64,000 nucleotides of DNA, taken from the IMG/VR virus record IMGVR_UViG_3300023174_002543, positions 303,105 through 367,104 of that record. The stretch is one strand, 5' to 3'. Within the stretch, counting starts at the first letter, position 1. Each line of letters begins with the position of its first letter. Below, in pieces: positions 57,761 to 64,000 of the stretch. The position numbers were made by a program, and so were the translations under genes. Under the pieces are notes generated by a model, which was not told the DNA's origin, searched no databases, and saw nothing but the letters and a program-made list of their open reading frames with translations.

Positions 57761-58759
57761 TTATGTCTTAGACACTAGGTTATCACGAAATATTTTCCAA
57801 GCATTTTCCCAAGACCAACGATAACTACCCTCTAACACTTTGTGTCTAGGTAAAAATAAACAATCAGTTACTGCTTGTTTTAAGTCTTCGTTCATGCACC
57901 CAGTAACACCCTCATCTATTACATCTTCTGGTCCTTGTACTGGATATGCGGCTACTGGTGTACCGCAAGCCATTGCTTCAATCATAACAATACCAAACGT
58001 TTCCCATTTGCTAGGGAATACAAATACGTCTGCGTTTGCATAATATTGCGCTAATTCTACTCCGGTCTTAAACCCAGTAAAGTGTACGTCAGGATATTGT
58101 TTTTTGTAGGTTTCTAACATTGGCCCATCACCTACCATAACTTTGAGATATTTAGGATAATCCATTTCTAAAAATGCTTCTAAATTTTTCTCTTTACTGA
58201 CCCTACTAACACATACTATATATTTGCTGGTTGTTTCTACTCTATGACTTATATTAAATATTGTTCGGTCAACACCACGTGTCCAGGGAATTATTTCGCC
58301 ATCAAATCCATGTGCTTTTAATTCTGCCACCATACTGTCCGTAGTAGTTAAAACTTTTCCACTGTGCTTGTGAAACCATCTTACTAATGGCCAAGTGATA
58401 AACTCAGGAATGCCAAATAATTTTTTTAACCCCTCAGGAAACTTAGTATGATAAGCGGTATTGTGGCGAATACTACCCAATGAAAGATATGTTCTAGCCC
58501 ACAAACCAAGAGGACCCTCTGTGGCGATATGGATATAATCCGGAGATATCTCCTCAATCTTCTTGCCCAAGTTCCTCGGATAGGCAATCTTGACTTCGTT
58601 GTAGCCAGGGCAATCAATGTAGCGGAACCACCCGGGATCCAACACCACAACGTTATAACCGTCACGAACAGCACACGCCTCAATATTTTTGTAGGTCGTA
58701 ACAACACCATTTATTTGCTCCGGTAAATTATCTGTTATAATTAAGATTGTTTTTGACAT
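57761..58759 (-). CDS. GT4 glycosyltransferase, Agt-like diacylglycerol glycosyltransferase
   Basis: PEQINGVVTT, IHIATEGPLG, TAYHTKFPE, RVSKEKN, ETFGIVMIEAMACGTPV. Confidence 0.85.
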   Translation of the reverse strand: MSKTILIITDNLPEQINGVVTTYKNIEACAVRDGYNVVVLDPGWFRYIDCPGYNEVKIAYPRNLGKKIEEISPDYIHIATEGPLGLWARTYLSLGSIRHNTAYHTKFPEGLKKLFGIPEFITWPLVRWFHKHSGKVLTTTDSMVAELKAHGFDGEIIPWTRGVDRTIFNISHRVETTSKYIVCVSRVSKEKNLEAFLEMDYPKYLKVMVGDGPMLETYKKQYPDVHFTGFKTGVELAQYYANADVFVFPSKWETFGIVMIEAMACGTPVAAYPVQGPEDVIDEGVTGCMNEDLKQAVTDCLFLPRHKVLEGSYRWSWENAWKIFRDNLVSKT

Positions 58760-58914
58760 GAACCCTCTACTTTAAAACTTTTAAATTTTAATTCATATTT
58801 CATTGTTGACAATGTTTGTTCGCAACTCTTTTGGTCGTTGAACAATAGTTCTATTCTTCCTGGTCGATCTTGCGGGTTGTTCATGTGTACTGCTATCAAT
58901 ATCATTAACCACAT
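58741..58914 (-). CDS. Small protein (57 aa) overlapping the plcP 3' end; not in ORF track
   Basis: MWLMILIAVHMNNPQDRPGRIEL...CEQ...EGSCQKQS*; AAGGAG 7 nt upstream. Confidence 0.65.
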   Translation of the reverse strand: MWLMILIAVHMNNPQDRPGRIELLFNDQKSCEQTLSTMKYELKFKSFKVEGSCQKQS

Positions 58915-59668
58915 TATCACGCTCCTTAGTCCAAGTTACTATTTCCCAACGACCATCATGGTGTTCTACTAGTGCTGTGCAACTTTCTACCCAGTCACCA
59001 TCATTCATATATGTAATACCATCTATATCTTTTATCTCAGCATGATGAATGTGTCCACAGATAACCCCATCAAAGCCTCTCTTGCGACAATAGCCAGCAA
59101 GATTATGCTCAAACTGAAACATAAAATCCACGGCTTTTTTAACACGATGCTTAAGATACTTAGACAAACTCCAGTAACCAAAACCCATGCGATGACGAAT
59201 CCAATTAAACTTACTATTAAGAGTGAGTATAAAATCATACAACCTATCTCCCAAGAATCCTAACCAAGGAGCTAGGCGTGTTATACCATCAAACAAATCC
59301 CCATGTACAACTAGATAGTGTTTACCATCTGCTCCTATGTGTTCTATTTGATTGTGTATTTCTATTAAGCCAAAACTAAAACCATATGGTATCATTGGTC
59401 TTAAGAATTCATCGTGATTGCCTGCAATGAATATTACTTTTGTACCACGCTTGGCATGACCTAATACTCTGCGTACTACGTTGGTGTGACTTTGTTTCCA
59501 ACGCCATTTGTTTTGTTGAATCTTCCATGCATCAATTATATCTCCTACAAGATATAATGTTTCGCAAGTATTATGTTTAAGAAAGTTGTTAAGGGATTCG
59601 GCTTTACAATCTTTTGTGCCAAGATGTACATCACTAATAAAAATAGCACGATATGTTCTCTGTGTCAT
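58793..59668 (-). CDS. PlcP-like phospholipase C (LpxH-like metallophosphoesterase)
   Basis: ISDVHLG, YLVGDIID, GNHD, HGD, CGHIH, NDGDWVESCTALVEH; adjacent Agt-like gene and Pho box. Confidence 0.8.
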   Translation of the reverse strand: MTQRTYRAIFISDVHLGTKDCKAESLNNFLKHNTCETLYLVGDIIDAWKIQQNKWRWKQSHTNVVRRVLGHAKRGTKVIFIAGNHDEFLRPMIPYGFSFGLIEIHNQIEHIGADGKHYLVVHGDLFDGITRLAPWLGFLGDRLYDFILTLNSKFNWIRHRMGFGYWSLSKYLKHRVKKAVDFMFQFEHNLAGYCRKRGFDGVICGHIHHAEIKDIDGITYMNDGDWVESCTALVEHHDGRWEIVTWTKERDNVVNDIDSSTHEQPARSTRKNRTIVQRPKELRTNIVNNEI

Positions 59669-59701
59669 GTACATATTTATCGGAAAAATCCGTTATAATG
59701 T

Positions 59702-59719
59702 ATGACAATTCTGTGACAC
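59702..59719 (-). promoter_or_regulatory. Pho box (PhoB site) upstream of plcP-agt
   Basis: GTGTCAC-AGAA-TTGTCAT, two half-sites with 11-bp period. Confidence 0.7.
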
Positions 59720-59727
59720 ACGTAGGT

Positions 59728-59747
59728 AGTCCCGGCTAGCCGGGACT
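59728..59747. terminator. GC-rich perfect inverted repeat (probable terminator or processing hairpin)
   Basis: AGTCCCGG-CTAG-CCGGGACT just after the 59757-59981 ORF; no U-tract. Confidence 0.5.
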
Positions 59748-59756
59748 TGGTTAAAA

Positions 59757-59981
59757 TTACTTTCTAGTTCTAGTATTATCTATACTTGGTTCAATCTTGG
59801 GTTCATCTATGGTGTGTACAGGAGGGTTAACATGCCAGCTGTCTAAAGTAAATATACGTATTGGTTTCCAATATTTACTTAGTAAATTATTAATTACAAC
59901 CGCCGCCCCAATTACTACAATAAAACCTAGTGCAGTTAAAATACTACCTGCCAAAAATACTGCTGATTGATCCATGTTCAT
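59757..59981 (-). CDS. Small single-TM membrane protein
   Basis: Hydrophobic N-terminal helix, KYWKP. Confidence 0.65.
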   Translation of the reverse strand: MNMDQSAVFLAGSILTALGFIVVIGAAVVINNLLSKYWKPIRIFTLDSWHVNPPVHTIDEPKIEPSIDNTRTRK

Positions 59982-59992
59982 GATAATGTTCC

Positions 59993-60121
59993 TTAAATAG
60001 TTTCGTAATCTTCTTTACCTACACCGCATTCCGGGCATAGAAAATCTGCAGGCAAATCTTCCCATTTACCTTCTATTTCTTCATCGTGGATATGTCCACA
60101 TACTACGCATACGTGTTCCAT
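59993..60121 (-). CDS. Rubredoxin (42 aa, not in ORF track)
   Basis: MEHVCVVCGHIHDEEIEGKWEDLPADFLCPECGVGKEDYETI*; CxxCG...CPxCG; TAATG-coupled to rubrerythrin. Confidence 0.9.
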   Translation of the reverse strand: MEHVCVVCGHIHDEEIEGKWEDLPADFLCPECGVGKEDYETI

Positions 60122-60585
60122 TATTGAACCTCCTGTAACATTTTTTGATAAGCAGTAGCATGACGTTCTTCAACTCGTTTTAGTGCAGAGAAACGTTTTT
60201 GTGCTTTGTCTAATACTGCCTTAAATTGTTCAGCGTGTTCTTTGCTTTCTGCAATTTGACCACGCATTTCTTGTGCTACTTCATTAGCACCTTCCATCAT
60301 AGCATCTGCTTCCATGTTAGGATACATAACAGTGAATTCTTGTGTTTCACCTTCAATAGCCTTTTCTAAACATTGCACTGTTGTTGGTTTGCCGATTAGT
60401 AATTCTAAATGCCCCCATGCATGTAGGATTTCTTGGTCTGCGGTATGTTCAAAGTGTTTTGCAACATCCTCGAACCCCTCTTCCCTTGCTATTTTTGCAA
60501 AATAACGATACTTGATATGAGCCATACTCTCACCTGCAAGTGCGTATTCTAAGTTTTTTAGTGTCGCTGATTGATTTTGTGACAT
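60121..60585 (-). CDS. Rubrerythrin (short, di-iron domain only)
   Basis: ALAGESMA, EILHA, EGETQE.TVMYP, ESKEHA, VEERHA. Confidence 0.88.
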   Translation of the reverse strand: MSQNQSATLKNLEYALAGESMAHIKYRYFAKIAREEGFEDVAKHFEHTADQEILHAWGHLELLIGKPTTVQCLEKAIEGETQEFTVMYPNMEADAMMEGANEVAQEMRGQIAESKEHAEQFKAVLDKAQKRFSALKRVEERHATAYQKMLQEVQ

Positions 60586-60698
60586 AGTTTTCCTTTATTC
60601 GAACTGAATTCTACTTTATATTGATAGATAAGTCAACAAGTTTTGGATATATTCCCATTTGTATTAATTGTGTCATATTATACGTCATAAATATCATA

Positions 60699-61358
60699 AT
60701 GAGACCCACAATAGCCCTATTCATTGCTGATCCAAAATGCTCAGTTCAGAGCGGAAATGGTATTATAAAAGCATTGGGAGAACACTATAACTTCAAATTA
60801 TTCTCAAAAAATGCATTAGAAGATAATTTCTTCGAGGGAGTAGATATAGTAGCAGTTCCCGGAGGACTCGGAGATAGTGACAGCTACAATACTCTATTGA
60901 AACATAGTGCAAATCGTATCCGTAAATTTGTTAGTAACGGTGGACGATATCTTGGGATATGTATGGGGGCATATTGGGCTGATAGTCACTACTTCAATAT
61001 ACTAGATGATGTTAGGGTAGTTCAATATATCAAACAACCAAATACTTGTACTAGACGACCACATGCTAAAAACATGCCTGTCATGTGGAAGGATCGATAT
61101 GGTATGGTAGAACCATACAAGATGTTTTTTTATGATGGATGTGCATTAGTAGGTGATAATACTAAATTTGAAACCGTTGCGACTTATAGTAACGGTGATG
61201 CGATGGCTATTATACAAAATCGTATAGGATTAATAGGGTGTCATCCAGAAAGTGAACAGTTTTGGTATGATAGTTACAGTTGGATGCGAGGTTACTATCA
61301 CCGCGGCCAACATCATACACTATTATTAGATTTTGTTAATTCTTTGATGAAGAGGTAA
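60699..61358 (+). CDS. Class I glutamine amidotransferase-like (BPL-N-type) protein
   Basis: VPGG, YLGICMGAY nucleophile elbow, GCHPE; start revised to 60699. Confidence 0.8.
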   Translation: MRPTIALFIADPKCSVQSGNGIIKALGEHYNFKLFSKNALEDNFFEGVDIVAVPGGLGDSDSYNTLLKHSANRIRKFVSNGGRYLGICMGAYWADSHYFNILDDVRVVQYIKQPNTCTRRPHAKNMPVMWKDRYGMVEPYKMFFYDGCALVGDNTKFETVATYSNGDAMAIIQNRIGLIGCHPESEQFWYDSYSWMRGYYHRGQHHTLLLDFVNSLMKR

Positions 61359-61479
61359 CTTCCTCTTTCTTCTTTTCCTTGACTACTGGTTCAGGTAAGT
61401 GAGGAGCAATTACATAATAGTTGGCGCCCCACCAACCTAATGCTGACAAAAATCCTATCACAATATATTCTGCTATCAT
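61336..61479 (-). CDS. Small single-TM protein (47 aa, not in ORF track)
   Basis: MIAEYIVIGFLSALGWWGANYYVIAP...; AAAGGA RBS. Confidence 0.6.
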   Translation of the reverse strand: MIAEYIVIGFLSALGWWGANYYVIAPHLPEPVVKEKKKEEVTSSSKN

Positions 61480-61495
61480 ATTAATCCTTTAAATT

Positions 61496-61519
61496 AAAAA
61501 AGGCTCCTAAGAGCCTTTT
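61496..61519 (-). terminator. Intrinsic terminator
   Basis: AAAAGGCTC-TTAG-GAGCC followed by a U-tract. Confidence 0.85.
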
Positions 61520-61536
61520 ATTAGCATGTTCCTAAA

Positions 61537-62088
61537 TTAGAAACTACGTGTGTACTGTAGACGCCATGCATCTTTTTCTTCATCACCATAGCTACGGCTC
61601 CAACGAACTGCAACTGCATCTTGTTTAGTAAGCGCATAACCTACTGCAACGTGACCGCGTGTGGTTCTGAAACTATTACCAGACTCAAACGCATTGCGAT
61701 AACGAGCACCAACATCACCGGTGAAACCAGCTCCAAGAGGAATCTTAACACCACCATCAACTGCATAATGACTAAAGTGGGTACTGCTAGTTACTTTTTC
61801 ACCCAAACGTCCACCTAAATAGAACATATCGAAAGTTCTTTTGACACGTACTTCTAGTCCTTGAGAAATAGAACCACTGCCATATGCAGTTTGACTATTT
61901 TCCATTTTGATGCTGTAATCCATTGCGCCATCCTTAGTGCCGACAACGATTGCTTCTTTAATATTGTTTGCACCAGTTGTACGATTATTTTCATCAGAAT
62001 ATTCCAATGATGCATAGCCACCTGAGGCCATTGCGGAACCTGCAATCAATAAAGTTGCGAATGTTGTTGCTAGTTTTGTAAATCTCAT
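61537..62088 (-). CDS. Outer-membrane beta-barrel (porin-like) protein
   Basis: Signal peptide ending AMA, alternating beta-strand pattern, C-terminal QYTRSF beta-signal. Confidence 0.75.
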   Translation of the reverse strand: MRFTKLATTFATLLIAGSAMASGGYASLEYSDENNRTTGANNIKEAIVVGTKDGAMDYSIKMENSQTAYGSGSISQGLEVRVKRTFDMFYLGGRLGEKVTSSTHFSHYAVDGGVKIPLGAGFTGDVGARYRNAFESGNSFRTTRGHVAVGYALTKQDAVAVRWSRSYGDEEKDAWRLQYTRSF

Positions 62089-62154
62089 TTTATCTCCTTG
62101 TGTGTTAAATGATTATATATTTATAGTTCGAAATATGACAGAAATAATATTGTC

Positions 62155-62463
62155 TTATTCATTACTATTTGGCAGACCGTTGCTATGGCGATCTCGAACT
62201 TCATCCAAATCTTGAAACAATCTATGTTCCTGTACCGTCAACTTATCCTTATGTGTTTTACGCGGATTACCGCATATATAACATTCTGAATTACCACAAT
62301 CCATTGCATGATGTTTTGATAAACGATGTGGTTCTTTTATGACTTTAGGAGTTATGTCACCCGGGATGTGCGATGCTTTAGCAATTTTAACTTGCTTTTT
62401 AATAGCATTCTCATCCTTGAGTAAACGCTTAGAATGTTTGAATTTATCATGTTCGGTGCTCAT
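62155..62463 (-). CDS. Basic hypothetical protein with Cys cluster
   Basis: DCGNSECYICGNPR. Confidence 0.65.
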   Translation of the reverse strand: MSTEHDKFKHSKRLLKDENAIKKQVKIAKASHIPGDITPKVIKEPHRLSKHHAMDCGNSECYICGNPRKTHKDKLTVQEHRLFQDLDEVRDRHSNGLPNSNE

Positions 62464-62483
62464 AGTTCGTATGATATACTAAA

Positions 62484-63194
62484 CTATGTGATTTGTCTAG
62501 CATTAGCTAACCCAAACAACGTGAATATGGTCAACCACATATAACCCACATCAAATTCATACCACTTCTTGCTTAGGCGAGGACTTGCTGGGTTTAAGTG
62601 GTGATTGTTGTGTAATTCTTCACCGCCAATAATAATACCCCAAGGACTAATGTTTCTGCTATCATCTTTAGTTTCACCATTACGATATCCAATCCAATGT
62701 CCAATGCCGTTAATGACGCCAGCTGCCCAGAATGGTATCCATATCATTTGTATGCCCCATATTAATATTCCCCAATATCCAAAGACTACCGTGTTGAACA
62801 AAAAGAGAATGCTAATGCCAGATCTGGAGTAAGGAGTGTATATGTTGTGCTCCATCCAATCAGAAGGAGTACCAACACCATATGTATCAACCATATCTTT
62901 ATCTTTTGATGCTTCATGGTATAATAATGCTCCTTTAAAAAATACTTGTTTAATTCCGTACACATGCGGGCTGTGTGGATCACCCTCTGTATCACTATAT
63001 CTATGATGCTTACGATGTATTGCTACCCATTGCTTGGTGACCATACCTGTGGTTAACCATAACCAAAAGCGCATGAAGTGACTTAGTATAGGGTGAAAGA
63101 TTATTCCTTTGTGTGCCTGACCTCTATGTAAGAATAGGGTGACACAAATGATAGTAATATGTGTTACTATCAATGTATAGATTATATATGTCAT
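62484..63194 (-). CDS. Delta-9-type fatty acid desaturase
   Basis: Three His boxes HRGQAH, HRKHH, HNNHH; GDPHSP. Confidence 0.92.
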   Translation of the reverse strand: MTYIIYTLIVTHITIICVTLFLHRGQAHKGIIFHPILSHFMRFWLWLTTGMVTKQWVAIHRKHHRYSDTEGDPHSPHVYGIKQVFFKGALLYHEASKDKDMVDTYGVGTPSDWMEHNIYTPYSRSGISILFLFNTVVFGYWGILIWGIQMIWIPFWAAGVINGIGHWIGYRNGETKDDSRNISPWGIIIGGEELHNNHHLNPASPRLSKKWYEFDVGYMWLTIFTLFGLANARQIT

Positions 63195-63225
63195 ACTCTA
63201 TTTAGTTAAAAGAGTATGATTTTGG

Positions 63226-63387
63226 TCATTTTTTTAGTTTATTAATTTTAGGATTTTTACAAGCAGTTGTTCGTTTTTTATCAGAATCCAAAAAGGTGTT
63301 GTTGGTTGACCATCGATATTCACCTGATACTTGCTCATATTTACTCGGTTTACCCAAATTGCTATAACATATTGCACGTTCTTGCAT
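63226..63387 (-). CDS. Small hypothetical protein
   Basis: AGGAG RBS before MQERAIC... Confidence 0.4.
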   Translation of the reverse strand: MQERAICYSNLGKPSKYEQVSGEYRWSTNNTFLDSDKKRTTACKNPKINKLKK

Positions 63388-63436
63388 AAGAATTCTCCTA
63401 TACATATATAACGCCGTAACCATGCTTTCCGTTGAC

Positions 63437-63462
63437 AAAATAAAAGGGCAACTAGTGCCCTT
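63437..63462 (-). terminator. Terminator after pqqA
   Basis: AAGGGCA-CTAGT-TGCCCTT followed by TTATTTT. Confidence 0.75.
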
Positions 63463-63469
63463 CCCCATG

Positions 63470-63541
63470 TTATCGGTTAGCGATATACATAGTGATTTCG
63501 AAACCGAAGCGCATATCGCTTGCTGTAGGTTTTGTCCACAT
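63470..63541 (-). CDS. pqqA: Pyrroloquinoline quinone precursor peptide PqqA (23 aa, not in ORF track)
   Basis: MWTKPTASDMRFGFEITMYIANR*, with W-x-x-P, RFGFE and the E-x3-Y core; AAAGGAG RBS; own terminator. Confidence 0.93.
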   Translation of the reverse strand: MWTKPTASDMRFGFEITMYIANR

Positions 63542-63603
63542 AATTTTCTCCTTTTAAGTTATGCACCGTAGTGCATGACTAGTATAACAGATAACTAAAA
63601 TAT

Positions 63604-63649
63604 TGATATAGAGAAAATCATTAATCTGATATAGAGAAAATCATTAATC
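63604..63649. repeat. Perfect 23-bp tandem duplication upstream of pqqA
   Basis: TGATATAGAGAAAATCATTAATC x2 (63604-63626, 63627-63649). Confidence 0.9.
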
Positions 63650-63672
63650 TATGTTAGTGTTTACACTTAGAG

Positions 63673-63695
63673 AAAAAGGCTCCTAAGAGCCTTTT
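63673..63695 (-). terminator. Terminator after tmRNA, same sequence as the one at 61.5 kb
   Basis: AAAAGGCTC-TTAG-GAGCCTTTTT. Confidence 0.85.
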
Positions 63696-64000
63696 CTGAT
63701 TTTCTGTTACGAGGTATGTCTTACCCTAGGATGCTTTTATCAAGCAGCCAATGCGAACTGTGAGTCGTTTGCGTTTACTTTTTTCGCTTCTTCGGCCGGG
63801 CCTAACGTCTTTCTATGCTATGAGCATAGCGACTATTACTTTTCCCCCAACCCTACGGTTTTCACATTACCGTGCTGTCCACTCTGTTACTACTTGCCCT
63901 GTCGAAACTATGCAGGCCCATCATAAACATACTGTTTGGACTTTTATTATGAGCATTGTTATCTCATTCACCAGTAGACATTATGTTTATGGTGGACCTG
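63696..64000 (-). ncRNA. ssrA: Two-piece (circularly permuted) tmRNA gene; acceptor piece truncated by the window edge
   Basis: ...CAGGTCCACCA (64000-63990), 70-nt spacer, GGGCCTG-CATAGTTTCGAC (from 63919), tag ORF ANDSQFALAA** (63772-63737); G3.U acceptor pair. The 3' end of the coding piece is approximate. Confidence 0.9.

Noticed and set aside
60660-60698. Additional Pho boxes near 60.67 kb, 62.15 kb and 1.17 kb
   Set aside because: Only single TGTCA(T/C) half-sites or 12-bp spacing; not supportable.
63388-63468. 5' extension of ORF 63226..63468
   Set aside because: It runs through the pqqA terminator; the only RBS supports a start at 63387.
1-64000. Genome-wide stop-codon reassignment
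   Set aside because: Conserved genes are full length in the standard code, and TAA, TAG and TGA all terminate genes.
1-64000. CRISPR array, tRNA/rRNA genes, DGR/retron reverse transcriptase, introns or inteins
   Set aside because: No repeat-spacer array, cloverleaf (other than the tmRNA ends) or RT motifs were seen; terminase, helicases, UvsX and ThyA are uninterrupted and of normal size. This was judged by eye only.

Overview
AT-rich segment of a large T4-like (Tevenvirinae-related, contractile-tailed) dsDNA phage genome, read mostly on the minus strand in the standard genetic code. It holds neck and tail genes (sheath start, gp13/14/15-like, fibres), the large terminase, and a T4-type replication and recombination set (gp41, gp61, gp62-like, gp32, UvsW/X/Y). 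It also has nucleotide-metabolism genes (dNMP kinase, MazG-like, NUDIX, ThyA), spanin-like lysis genes, an early MoxR-vWA module and a terminal host-metabolism island. IscU, the PqqA peptide and the tmRNA tag suggest a betaproteobacterial host (inference). Main observations: (1) iscU is interrupted at its conserved PACGD motif by GGC-UGA-C-GGC, matched Gly codons flanking a stop, directly behind a GC-rich ~16-bp hairpin. A 7-nt ribosomal hop would restore an exact 128-aa IscU, so this is a candidate programmed translational bypass. (2) A circularly permuted two-piece tmRNA gene with tag ANDSQFALAA. (3) A stand-alone pqqA precursor-peptide gene that the ORF track misses. (4) A Pho-box-preceded plcP + glycosyltransferase lipid-remodelling operon. 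(5) A ~193-aa minimal DnaE-like polymerase core. All calls rest on motif recognition by eye; no database searches were run.
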